The notes beneath the pieces were generated by a model. The model was not told the origin of the DNA. It ran no database searches and worked only from the letters and a program-made list of their open reading frames with translations. This document shows, in pieces, positions 1 through 9,731 of a DNA stretch of 64,000 nt. The position numbers were made by a program, and so were the translations under genes. Source of the stretch: Niabella sp. (GTDB lineage: Bacteria; Bacteroidota; Bacteroidia; Chitinophagales; Chitinophagaceae); contig JAGIAQ010000001.1 of assembly GCA_017744795.1 (NCBI GenBank), positions 15,403 through 79,402 of the forward strand, read 5' to 3'. Each line of letters opens with the position of its first letter. Within the stretch, counting starts at the first letter, position 1.

Positions 1-2
1 CT

Positions 3-194
3 GCTGCCGCCTTTTTATGCCTGCTGGGTTTTGAGTACGGACCCGGGATGGCCGTTTATATTGCCGTCGTTTTGCTGATCACCGGAGGGGTGGCTACAGC
101 CCGTCTTTTACTGTCTGATCATACCGCAAAAGAAGTGTACTGGGGCATTGCGGTAGGCGTGGCCGGATTGTTGGTGGCAACTGTTGTGGCATAG
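3..194 (+). CDS. C-terminal fragment of a membrane protein, PAP2-like (runs off the left edge)
   Basis: Open frame from base 3 to TAG at 192-194. Hydrophobic translation containing ARLLLSDHTAKEVYWG, which resembles the C-terminal RxxxxxH motif of PAP2-type proteins. Confidence 0.55.
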   Translation, partial: AAAFLCLLGFEYGPGMAVYIAVVLLITGGVATARLLLSDHTAKEVYWGIAVGVAGLLVATVVA

Positions 195-502
195 TCTGCT
201 TCCCGGTCATTTTTATTGCGCGCATAAGACCAAAACTCCTTTTTCCCTAGCACAGTTTACATTCTGTAGTAATTTCTATTTTATTGAAATTAAGTCATTT
301 GTATTTGAAAAAGCAGATGCTTAAGAACGCCTGCCTTTGCCTGAAAGATTTTTTCGTTTGCGTGCTATACTTGTAAATGAAAAGCTGCTTTGGCTATTAA
401 AAAACTGATTGCCACTTCAGCTGCGAAAAAGTTTTTAGTAACAAATAACGATCCCATATGATGTATTCCAGAAAAAGGTACCCCTCCCGGCGAGGTAAAA
501 CA

Positions 503-3500
503 ATGCCTCATTTTTTCCTGTTACTGCTGATGGCACTTTTAGTTTCCGGCAGTCTTTGTGCACAGCAGGCAGCAACCACTGTAAGTGGTATTGTAACCAA
601 TAATAAAGGCACCGCCCTTGCCGGTGTAACGGTAGCCGAAAAAAACGGCACTAACAAAACACAAACAAACGCTTCCGGATATTTTAAGCTCGAAAACAGC
701 CGGGATAACCGGGTGCTGCTCTTCACCATGGTGGGGTATACTTCTAAAGAGGTGGAAGTGGGCGATGCGGCACAGATCGCAGTAGTACTGGAGCAGGACG
801 TGCTTTCTCTTTCGGATATTGTGGTGATCGGGTACGGCACCCAAAACCGCAAAAACCTTACCTCCTCGATCGCTTCGGTAAAAGGTGCTGATATTGCGAA
901 CGTTCCGGTTACTAACCTGGACGCAGCCATGCAGGGCAAAATAGCAGGGGTGCAGGTGGTACAGAATTCCGGCGCGCCGGGTGATGAAACCTATATCCGC
1001 GTAAGGGGCAACGGCTCTTTATTTGGGGAAAACAGGCCCTTGTATGTAATTGATGGTGTGCCTATGAACAATATCCCTGCAGGCGCTTCTCCCCTCGGGG
1101 GCGATGGGCAGCGGATCACGGCTACTAATGATATCAATCCAAATGATATTGAGTCCATTGACGTGTTGAAAGACGCCGCTGCAACCGCCATCTATGGTTC
1201 CCGTGCGGCAAATGGTGTGATCCTCATCACGACCAAGAAGGGAAAACCCGGTAAATCGAAATTCAATTTCAGCATGTACAGCGGTGTGGCAACAGTTACC
1301 AAAAGGCTGCCGCTGCTAAATAACACGCAGTATGTTGACCTGATCAATGAGGAGCGGACCAATGCAAAGCTTCCCGCAGATCCCTATATTGTTAAAACAG
1401 ATACCAATACCAACTGGCAGGACGCTATCTTCCGGCCGGCACCCATATCAGAGTTTAATCTCTCTGTGTCCGGCGGCGATGTAAAATCCTCTCATTATGT
1501 ATCGGTGGGCTACCTCGATCAAACCGGTACCGTTGTAGGGCAGCAGCATTTTAAGCGGATCAATGGCCGGGCCAATTTTGATTTTGCCGCCACCCGGAAT
1601 TTTAAAATGGGCGTTAGTATTAACGGGATGCACTCGATCAACAACCGCATCGACAACAGCTTTTCCGGCGCCTCCGTATTGGCAAATGCGTTGATCATGA
1701 ACCCCAATTTTCCGGTTTATAACAGCGACGGTACTTATTTCTTCGATCCCAGCCGCAGGGCAGCCAACCCGGTAATGCTGGCAAATATGCTGCGATTTGT
1801 GTCCATTGTGGACCGGTATGTGGGCAATGTGTACGGCGAGCTGGCCATAACCAACAATTTAAAACTGCGCTCCAGTTTTGGTATGGATAACCAGATCGTA
1901 CAGGACGACCGGTACCAGACAACCATCGTTAACGGTAAAACACCGGCAACGGGCGCCGCTGATTATTTCAGCCAATTATTGTGGCTTAACGAAAATACTT
2001 TAACCTACACCCCCAAATTAAAAGGCCGGCACGACCTGGTGGGCGTTATCGGGGAAAGTCAGCAGTTAACCACATTGCGTCGTATCGGCGCGGCGGGCAG
2101 TACCAGTTCTACGGACCTGATCGAATCGGTTTCGGGATTTACCGTGCGCACCGAAGCCAGCGATTATCGCTCCAAATCCGGCCTGGTCTCTTATTTCGGC
2201 CGTTTGAATTATAGCTTCGCCAACCGATACCTGGTGCAGCTTGCGGCCCGTATGGACGGCTCCTCCCGTTTTGGGGCCGACAAACGCTATGGTTTTTTCC
2301 CTACCGCATCCGGCGCCTGGCGCATAAGCCAGGAAGCCTTTATGCAAAACCAGCATTTTATAAACGATCTTAAATTGCGCGGAAGCATCGGGGTTTCCGG
2401 AAGCCAGGAAGGACTGGGGTCTGATTTCCCGTCCCTGGCCACTTATGCTGCCGGAGCCAATTATGGTAATGAAGCAGGCATTGCCAAGGCCTCCTTATCG
2501 AATAAGGACCTTAGCTGGGAGGCTACAACCCAAAGCAACCTGGGGCTGGACCTTACCTTTCTGGACAGCCGTATCAACATTACCGTGGATGCCTACAATA
2601 AAGCAACGAACAAGCTCATCTTTAAATTAGAGCTCCCTTATACTTCCGGATTTACGCGTACCAATGGTGCCAATATTGGTAAAATGGTGAATAAAGGGTT
2701 AGATGTGAATATCAGTACCGAAAATATCCGGGGCAAATTTTCCTGGGTTACTAACTACAATATGTCGTTCAACCGCAACAAGATCACTTATCTGCCGGAA
2801 GTGGTGGAGGGAGATCCCACCAGCTCGGACTTTACCGAATCGCTGCCCGGTGTGTACGGAACCATACAACCCACCAGTATTTTCAGAGTGGGTTCCTCTG
2901 TTGGATCATTTTTTGGCTACAACAGTTTGGGAGTAGATCCGGCCACCGGCAATATGATCTACCAGGATGTTAACAATGACGGCAAGATCACCGCGGCCGA
3001 CCGGGTTATTATCGGAAATGCATTGCCTAAGTTTACCGGCGGATTCACCAATAATTTCAGCTACAAAGGATTTGACCTCAGCATCTTCTTCAATTTTTCT
3101 TATGGCAACCAGGTGTACAACCAAACAAGGGCCATCCTGGAGCGCATGGCCGGGTTTAATAATGGTAACACCAATACATTAAATCGTTGGACTACCAGCA
3201 ATACCAACACAAAAGTGCCCATTGCTGTGTTTAATGATCCGGTGATCCTGCCCAACAGCACCAGCAACGGCGTGATGTCCCAGCGCTGGGTGGAAGATGG
3301 TTCCTTTGTTCGCCTGAAGAATCTTACCCTAAGCTATACACTCCCGAAAGCACTGATCAGCCGCGTCAAACTGAGCAACGTAAAAGTATATGTAAGTGGA
3401 ACGAACCTGGCACTTTGGACAAAGTATTCCGGGTATGATCCTGAATCCCAAAATCAATCTGTGAAGAATTCACAACTGGGAATTGACTATGCAGTGCAGC

Positions 3501-3544
3501 CGCAGCCCCGTACGCTAATGGCAGGTTTAAATGTAAGCTTCTAA
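503..3544 (+). CDS. SusC/RagA family TonB-dependent transporter
   Basis: Signal peptide from ATG 503 (ORF track starts at 458). Carboxypeptidase-regulatory-like N-domain, IVVIGYGTQ, LYVIDGVP, INPNDIESIDVLKDAAATAIYGSRAANGVILITTKKG, C-terminal Phe. No N-terminal STN extension seen. Confidence 0.96.
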   Translation: MPHFFLLLLMALLVSGSLCAQQAATTVSGIVTNNKGTALAGVTVAEKNGTNKTQTNASGYFKLENSRDNRVLLFTMVGYTSKEVEVGDAAQIAVVLEQDVLSLSDIVVIGYGTQNRKNLTSSIASVKGADIANVPVTNLDAAMQGKIAGVQVVQNSGAPGDETYIRVRGNGSLFGENRPLYVIDGVPMNNIPAGASPLGGDGQRITATNDINPNDIESIDVLKDAAATAIYGSRAANGVILITTKKGKPGKSKFNFSMYSGVATVTKRLPLLNNTQYVDLINEERTNAKLPADPYIVKTDTNTNWQDAIFRPAPISEFNLSVSGGDVKSSHYVSVGYLDQTGTVVGQQHFKRINGRANFDFAATRNFKMGVSINGMHSINNRIDNSFSGASVLANALIMNPNFPVYNSDGTYFFDPSRRAANPVMLANMLRFVSIVDRYVGNVYGELAITNNLKLRSSFGMDNQIVQDDRYQTTIVNGKTPATGAADYFSQLLWLNENTLTYTPKLKGRHDLVGVIGESQQLTTLRRIGAAGSTSSTDLIESVSGFTVRTEASDYRSKSGLVSYFGRLNYSFANRYLVQLAARMDGSSRFGADKRYGFFPTASGAWRISQEAFMQNQHFINDLKLRGSIGVSGSQEGLGSDFPSLATYAAGANYGNEAGIAKASLSNKDLSWEATTQSNLGLDLTFLDSRINITVDAYNKATNKLIFKLELPYTSGFTRTNGANIGKMVNKGLDVNISTENIRGKFSWVTNYNMSFNRNKITYLPEVVEGDPTSSDFTESLPGVYGTIQPTSIFRVGSSVGSFFGYNSLGVDPATGNMIYQDVNNDGKITAADRVIIGNALPKFTGGFTNNFSYKGFDLSIFFNFSYGNQVYNQTRAILERMAGFNNGNTNTLNRWTTSNTNTKVPIAVFNDPVILPNSTSNGVMSQRWVEDGSFVRLKNLTLSYTLPKALISRVKLSNVKVYVSGTNLALWTKYSGYDPESQNQSVKNSQLGIDYAVQPQPRTLMAGLNVSF

Positions 3545-3563
3545 ATTTTAAAAACACATTCAA

Positions 3564-4976
3564 ATGAGAATCATAATTTATATATGCGGTTTGCTGTTTA
3601 TAACCTCCTGCACGCGGGTGCTGGACCAAACCCCGCAAGACCGGATCAGCGAACAGAACTTCTATAAAACGGCCACCGACGCCGAATCGGCCGTTGTGGG
3701 TATTTACAATTCGGTACAGACATTTGCACAGAGTTCCGGTCCGCAGTACCCACTGGCTTTTGATGCAGGGTCAGACCTTGATTCTGCACTATTGCTGAAC
3801 TACAATCCCTACAGCAAACACCTCATCCCCGTAGATGACCCCATCGTTCAAAACTATTGGATGAATAATTATACCGGTATCGGGCGTTGTAATGATGTGA
3901 TCCAGAATGTAGGGGGCATGGATTCCACGCTTTTTGCATCCGGTCAGAAACAGCGCATATTGGGCGAAGCCTATTTTATGCGGGCCTACTTCTATTTTGG
4001 ACTGATCAGGGCCTACGGTGATGTGCCTATTGTAACAGTGCCTTATCAATCCTATAATACCAATTTTACGATTCCCCGTTCTGCAACAGCCGATGTATTT
4101 AAGCAAATACTTGCCGATCTTAAAATTGCGGAAGCAACCCTGCCCGTTACCTATCCTGCCAGTATAGACACCCGCGGCCGTGCCACCCAGGGCGGTGCAA
4201 AAGCCCTGCTGGCGCAAGTATATCTCAGCACTAAAGATTATGCCAATGCTGCCGCAAAAGCATTGGAGGTTATGAATAATTCAACCTATACGCTGGTAAC
4301 AGGAGCTGCAGCTTACCGTTCTATGTTCTCTCCCAATGGTAAAAACGGAACAGAATCGATCTTTGAGATCCAGTACCTGACGTCCAGCAATCAGCCCAAC
4401 AGTCTTTCCAGTTTTTACCTGCCCAACGGGGTACCATCCGGTATTCAGCCCAGCAGTTACCAGATAGCGCCTACGGCAAAAATTGTAAATGCCTTTGAAA
4501 CGGGCGATATCCGCGCCGCAACAGCCGTTGCCCGCAGCACGGATAAAATTCCGGTTCCCTATGTGTTCAAATACCAGCGGCTGACCAACGGTACCGATCA
4601 GAACTTCATCGCCATACGCCTGGCGGAGATCATTTTGCTGAGAGCCGAAGCGCTCAACAACCAGGGGCAAACAACAGACGCCATTGCAGCATTAAATATT
4701 ATTCGTAGAAGAGCTTTTGGTCTTCCGCTGGATGTGGCTTCTGTACACGATTTTCCCAGTGCCAATGATCTGGCTAATAACTATACCCTGGCATTAGCGA
4801 TAGAAAATGAACGCATGAAAGAATTATGTTTTGAGGGACAGCGTTTTTACGACCTGGCGCGCACAGGGCGGTCACAGGATATAATGAATGTGCCTGCCAA
4901 CCGGATGGTATGGCCGATCCCCCTGCGTGAGATCGGACGTAATCCATTGCTGACGCAGAATGAAGCGTATAAATAA
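3564..4976 (+). CDS. SusD/RagB family surface lipoprotein
   Basis: Lipobox FITSC; GEAYFMRAYFYFGLIRAYGDVP, IRLAEIILLRAEAL and ERMKELCFEGQRFYDLAR motifs; directly follows SusC. Confidence 0.96.
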   Translation: MRIIIYICGLLFITSCTRVLDQTPQDRISEQNFYKTATDAESAVVGIYNSVQTFAQSSGPQYPLAFDAGSDLDSALLLNYNPYSKHLIPVDDPIVQNYWMNNYTGIGRCNDVIQNVGGMDSTLFASGQKQRILGEAYFMRAYFYFGLIRAYGDVPIVTVPYQSYNTNFTIPRSATADVFKQILADLKIAEATLPVTYPASIDTRGRATQGGAKALLAQVYLSTKDYANAAAKALEVMNNSTYTLVTGAAAYRSMFSPNGKNGTESIFEIQYLTSSNQPNSLSSFYLPNGVPSGIQPSSYQIAPTAKIVNAFETGDIRAATAVARSTDKIPVPYVFKYQRLTNGTDQNFIAIRLAEIILLRAEALNNQGQTTDAIAALNIIRRRAFGLPLDVASVHDFPSANDLANNYTLALAIENERMKELCFEGQRFYDLARTGRSQDIMNVPANRMVWPIPLREIGRNPLLTQNEAYK

Positions 4977-5023
4977 TCCCATTGATAGCTAGTGCCTGGC
5001 ATTTGTAAAGTAGCGTATAACAT

Positions 5024-5080
5024 CGTGAGAAATGAAAGGATAAACGTGAACGCCTCACGTTTATCCTTTGAGATTTCACG
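5024..5080. repeat. Intergenic inverted repeat / stem-loop
   Basis: AAAGGATAAACGTGA (5035-5049) pairs perfectly with TCACGTTTATCCTTT (5055-5069) around a 5-nt loop; imperfect extension to 5024/5080. Confidence 0.85.
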
Positions 5081-5168
5081 GTTAACACTGGAGGCACTTC
5101 AAAAACTGTGACAGGCGGTATAAATGACTACCACATTAACGATAATTAATAACGATCTTAGAGCAATA

Positions 5169-8100
5169 ATGAAACGAAGAAATGGAAGGCGCACGCTCCT
5201 ACAGGGCTGTATCGGTTTGATGATCTGTTTTTCCTGCGTACAACTGAACGGGCAAATGACGGCGCCCGCAGATTGGGTAAATTATGACGCCGTTTTTGGC
5301 GTAAAAGGAAAGCAGCGGTCTTATAATTACGATGTAGCGGTTATAGCCTCTAACACAGAAACAAATGTGCTCTGGCCGGGCGAACAACCTGCATATACCA
5401 TCCAGGTGGTTAATAATCTTAACGAGCCGATCAAAGCCGGTGGCAAAATAGTGCTTATCCATTATGGTCTCAAAGGACGGCCCAATGATATCTGGCTGCC
5501 TGAAGTGATTGCATTGAATGACAGCCTGTCCACATCCATAACGGTAGACATCAATACAAAGGGATATCAGGATATAAAGATCACACCCAATGTTCCGGCA
5601 ACCTTTGGAGGCTATGCGCTGATTGTGGACCTGGGCAAATATGGGCGCCGATTGATCACTAGTGTGGTGCGCAGTTTTGCTGCCAACCCGCAGCGGATCC
5701 AGTATCCCAAACAATCGCTGGATGATATGGGCGCCGATTTCCTGCACCGGATTGGGGTACAGGCTATCAGGATGGGTATCGACTATACACCCACCACTGC
5801 CGCGGATTATGAAAGCAAAATGGCAGAAATAATCGCAAAACTTAAAAAGTACCGCGAAAAGAATATTACCGTACTGCTGATGTTTGGTGCCGGCACTGCA
5901 AAAATGCCGCTGGGCATGCCACGGTCCTTCCTGGACGATGCAGGCATCATGCGCAAAACAAAACAGGATTATGCATGGCTGCCATCGGAAGATGCCGACT
6001 TTAAAAAATTTGTACAAAGGCTTTGCACCGATTACGGATGGCCGAAAGGCCCGGTAACAGCCGTTTCCTTATGGAATGAACCCTGGGAAGGAGCTTCTAT
6101 ATCGGGCTGGCAATCGGATATTCTACGGTACCGGGAGATCTACACAAAGATGGCAGAAGCGGTGCTGGCAGCCCGTCAAACGGGAGCGGAGGTACTTGTA
6201 GGCGGCGGTGACTCTAATTCCAACGCCTGGGACAAATTATTCGCTGACGGCAAAATGACCTTTCTGCCCATTTTTGATTTTTGTTCCATCCATTACCAGG
6301 GAATAGAAGCCCCCAGCATTTACCCCGAATGGGTAAACCGCAAATCGCCCTACGGCCGGGTAAAAATATGGGATACCGAAAGCTGGGTGGGCAATACAGA
6401 TGATCGCATAGGTCTTACAGTAGCCGTGGATCGTTCAGCCGGGTACGATCGTTCTATGGGCATTTATGCCGGATATTTGAGTACCGGTGGCCGGGGCAGC
6501 GAGCGGTTTCGTCAACGTGTAAGAACGGCTTCCGGGAGTATGCAGATCGATCGCATCCCGGACACCTGGTCGCCTTCGGTAGCGGTGGCGGCCGTACAAC
6601 ACCTGATTGGTGAGCGGGCTTTTGACCGTTTGCTGTTTAAAAAAGGATTGCCCTGGGTAATGCTGTTTGACGGGATAAATAAAAACCCGGATGATGGCAC
6701 GGCGGTGATATGCGGCGATATCGGCGAAGCCTTCGGCGCCGAGCATGTTTTGTTCCGGAACGTACGCGGATTAAAAGAGATCAGTGAAAAAGAGAAGATC
6801 CGGCAATACCTGGCAACCACGCAGGTTACGGCAACGCAAAAGGACAGTCTTCAAAATATCCTCAGAACATATGAACCCTTATCCGATGGAAAAATGCTGT
6901 TGCCGGCAAATAAACATTTTATCCTGTTCGATTTTTACGGGAACCCCATCCGGCCAAAGGGATCAAATATTGAAATACCGTTGAACACGCAGGGCTACTA
7001 CCTGCGCACCGATGGCAGCAAGGGCTCTTTTACCGCGTTGTTACAGGCAATCAACACTGCCCGAATCGAAGGGTATGAGCCCGTGGAGATCATTGCCAAA
7101 GACATGACGGCCGCCGTTGCCACCCATCCGGTAATGGAACTGCAGCTCACCAATATTCTTAACAGGCCCATAAAAGGAAAAATTAAGGTATCGCTGGGAT
7201 CATTAAAAACAATAGTTCCTGAAACAATAAGCTTTGCCGCGCATGAAACAAAGATGATACCGGTAACCATCACCGGCGGGGCTCCTGTCGCCAACAATAC
7301 ATACCCGCTCGCCGTGCATATAGATGCCGGTGCAGATGGCTTTGCGGTGTTGTATGAGGATATGCATGTAAACCTCATTTCACATCTTACCATAAACGTA
7401 GACGGCAAACTGGACGATTGGAAGCAGGCAATACCACAAACGGTTTCCAGCAATGGTGCGGGCACGGTGAGCCTCACAGAAGCGGCCTGGTATCCGTTTA
7501 AAAATTTTGATACCCGTTCCGATGGCTTTGCCAACGGTTATCTGGCATATGATAACCAGTATTTTTATTTTGCTGCCAAGGTTGCCGACAATACCCCGCA
7601 TCCCGGTACCTACCGTTTTGCCAACAGGCCGGATGACAGCTTCTTTTACCCGGATACTTCCTATATTATGAACATGGACAAAACGTTGCTGTCGAAGGAA
7701 GATAGTGTACCCGTGAAAGCCAGTGACAGCTGGGCTTTGGAGCGGCCTGATGCTAATGGGCGCAGCATGCACTATTGGTGTAGCAGTGATGTTTCCTATG
7801 CCTTCGCTGTTAATCTGGATCTTCCGGAAAATAACTATACAAGGGTATCTTTTTATTTACCCAATATCAAAGTGCCTAATGCTACAATAGAGTTGTTTGA
7901 TGCCGTTACCAACAAGTTTCTGCAGCGCCGGAAGATCGATAACCTGTGGAACGGGGCTTACGAGACCTTTGATCTGAGTGGTAAAGTGCGCGTGGTGTTC
8001 CGCGCCTATAACTGGTGGACCAGTGTAAAGCTGGCCGGTATCTTTTTCGATCCCTCACCTGTTGCATATAACAAAGAGAAAGCGATTTTTATTTCCGAAG

Positions 8101-8813
8101 ATCTGGATTCCAAAGGCGACTGGAAAAATAAATATGGAAAGCTGGGGTATAAAATAATTGGAGCAGAAGATCAGTTGCCCGGCAACCTATCAATAGCGCC
8201 TGTTACAACAGAAGAGAAAATACCGCTGGTATGGCCGGAAGGCGTGCGCCGGTTCACTTACCGAAGAAATCCGGTGACGCCCGATAATTCGGGCCTTGGC
8301 TTTTCCTACGATAATGTTTTGATCGCATTCAATGTAATTCCCGAAGGGCAGGACGGTATGCTGGCTAACCCTCCCGGAACGATGCCCCGGTATATTGGTT
8401 ATAAAGACACGGATTACGAATACGCGCTGAATAGTGTATCAGATGAATTTGGCGGGGGTACAGAAATATGGCGGCTGCTGGCGCCGGGTATGAACCGGAA
8501 GCATTTTTTCCCCCGGCAGCCAAAATCAGCCGGGGAAGGGCCTGTTAAAAATGGGAAGCTCGTCATCAAAAGAAACGGGAACACCCTCATTACAGAATGC
8601 GCTATTCCCTGGCCGGAACTGCCGGATGTAAAAAAAGCACTGGACGCAGGCAAAAAAATAAAATTCTCGTTCCGGGTGAATGATAACGGGGCTCCGGGCA
8701 GTGTAATGGAGCTGGCAAAAGAACGAAGTGTTTCCAAATTAAATGCCCGGGCTTTTCACCCCGACTGGAAAACGCATTGGGCTAACGAAGTAGAATTTTC
8801 ATTTGAAAAATAA
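5169..8813 (+). CDS. Secreted multidomain clan GH-A (GH39-like) glycoside hydrolase candidate with Ig-like and DOMON/CBM9-like modules
   Basis: Signal peptide from ATG 5169 (ORF track starts at 5124). SLWNEP acid/base-type motif, DFCSIHY, KIWDTESW nucleophile-type motif; later VDGKLDDW...LAYDNQYFYFAAKV...FSFRVNDN DOMON-like motifs. Confidence 0.6.
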   Translation: MKRRNGRRTLLQGCIGLMICFSCVQLNGQMTAPADWVNYDAVFGVKGKQRSYNYDVAVIASNTETNVLWPGEQPAYTIQVVNNLNEPIKAGGKIVLIHYGLKGRPNDIWLPEVIALNDSLSTSITVDINTKGYQDIKITPNVPATFGGYALIVDLGKYGRRLITSVVRSFAANPQRIQYPKQSLDDMGADFLHRIGVQAIRMGIDYTPTTAADYESKMAEIIAKLKKYREKNITVLLMFGAGTAKMPLGMPRSFLDDAGIMRKTKQDYAWLPSEDADFKKFVQRLCTDYGWPKGPVTAVSLWNEPWEGASISGWQSDILRYREIYTKMAEAVLAARQTGAEVLVGGGDSNSNAWDKLFADGKMTFLPIFDFCSIHYQGIEAPSIYPEWVNRKSPYGRVKIWDTESWVGNTDDRIGLTVAVDRSAGYDRSMGIYAGYLSTGGRGSERFRQRVRTASGSMQIDRIPDTWSPSVAVAAVQHLIGERAFDRLLFKKGLPWVMLFDGINKNPDDGTAVICGDIGEAFGAEHVLFRNVRGLKEISEKEKIRQYLATTQVTATQKDSLQNILRTYEPLSDGKMLLPANKHFILFDFYGNPIRPKGSNIEIPLNTQGYYLRTDGSKGSFTALLQAINTARIEGYEPVEIIAKDMTAAVATHPVMELQLTNILNRPIKGKIKVSLGSLKTIVPETISFAAHETKMIPVTITGGAPVANNTYPLAVHIDAGADGFAVLYEDMHVNLISHLTINVDGKLDDWKQAIPQTVSSNGAGTVSLTEAAWYPFKNFDTRSDGFANGYLAYDNQYFYFAAKVADNTPHPGTYRFANRPDDSFFYPDTSYIMNMDKTLLSKEDSVPVKASDSWALERPDANGRSMHYWCSSDVSYAFAVNLDLPENNYTRVSFYLPNIKVPNATIELFDAVTNKFLQRRKIDNLWNGAYETFDLSGKVRVVFRAYNWWTSVKLAGIFFDPSPVAYNKEKAIFISEDLDSKGDWKNKYGKLGYKIIGAEDQLPGNLSIAPVTTEEKIPLVWPEGVRRFTYRRNPVTPDNSGLGFSYDNVLIAFNVIPEGQDGMLANPPGTMPRYIGYKDTDYEYALNSVSDEFGGGTEIWRLLAPGMNRKHFFPRQPKSAGEGPVKNGKLVIKRNGNTLITECAIPWPELPDVKKALDAGKKIKFSFRVNDNGAPGSVMELAKERSVSKLNARAFHPDWKTHWANEVEFSFEK

Positions 8814-8849
8814 CAGCATTCCCTCTGACTAAAATCAATAAAAAATACA

Positions 8850-9557
8850 ATGATCCTTAAATTTAAATTTGTTTTATTTTTTTTACTGGCAGCTAACTTA
8901 CTACTGACGGCGCAGCCTTCCACTACGGTGCCTGTAGTACAAAACAGGGATAAATTATACGACTGGCAACAGCGGCATGAGGCGATACTCGCTTTGAATA
9001 AAGAAAATCCACCCCGCAATGTGATCATGGGAAACTCCATTATTCATTACTGGGCGGGACTGCCCAAGGGGCCCGTTGTGCGTGGAGCAGATTCCTGGAA
9101 CGAATATTTGGAACCGTTGGGGTTAAGGAATATGGGTTTTGGATGGGACAAAATTGAAAACGTTTTATGGCGTGTGCAAAATGGAGAATTGGATGGGTAT
9201 GCGGCAAAACACGTGGTGCTGATGATCGGCACCAATAACTTAGGCGATAGTAATGACAAGGATATAATTGAAGGACTAACCGTATTGGTAAAAGCAGTAC
9301 GGCAACATCAGCCTGCTGCTAAGATTATATTGTCTGGCGTTTTACCGCGCCGTAAACAGGAAGAGCGGATCTTTACCTTAAACAAAGCCATTAAAAAACT
9401 TGCCCGTAAAAGCCATGTTGTATTTATTAACCCGGGCCTGTTATTTTTAAACAAGCAAAATAAAATTGACGAGCAATGGTTTGTTGACGGCCTGCATCCC
9501 AATGCCGCCGGGTATCGGAAAATAGCGCCTTTATTGGCGGGATATTTGAAGGATTAA
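8850..9557 (+). CDS. SGNH/GDSL esterase (probable carbohydrate acetylesterase)
   Basis: Signal peptide; blocks GNSI, NMGFG, GTNN and DGLHPN. Confidence 0.88.
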   Translation: MILKFKFVLFFLLAANLLLTAQPSTTVPVVQNRDKLYDWQQRHEAILALNKENPPRNVIMGNSIIHYWAGLPKGPVVRGADSWNEYLEPLGLRNMGFGWDKIENVLWRVQNGELDGYAAKHVVLMIGTNNLGDSNDKDIIEGLTVLVKAVRQHQPAAKIILSGVLPRRKQEERIFTLNKAIKKLARKSHVVFINPGLLFLNKQNKIDEQWFVDGLHPNAAGYRKIAPLLAGYLKD

Positions 9558-9731
9558 TAAGCGGGGTTCATAGCAGAACTTGTGAGACGAGGGTGACGCG
9601 TACTAAAACCGAATTGCCTTTGTCCCACAGGTCCTATGGTCACCCAAAAGCGGGCTTTTTTCTTTTGGAGGCATGCTCCCTACTACCTGCCAATCTATGA
9701 AGAGCACTACTATGAAGGCACAAAATCTATC

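Noticed and set aside
5199-6017. Long antisense ORFs (also 40967-41740, 47603-48373, 21480-22064, 50501-51082 and many shorter ones)
   Set aside because: They lie wholly opposite well-supported genes and show no recognisable motifs; treated as shadow ORFs.
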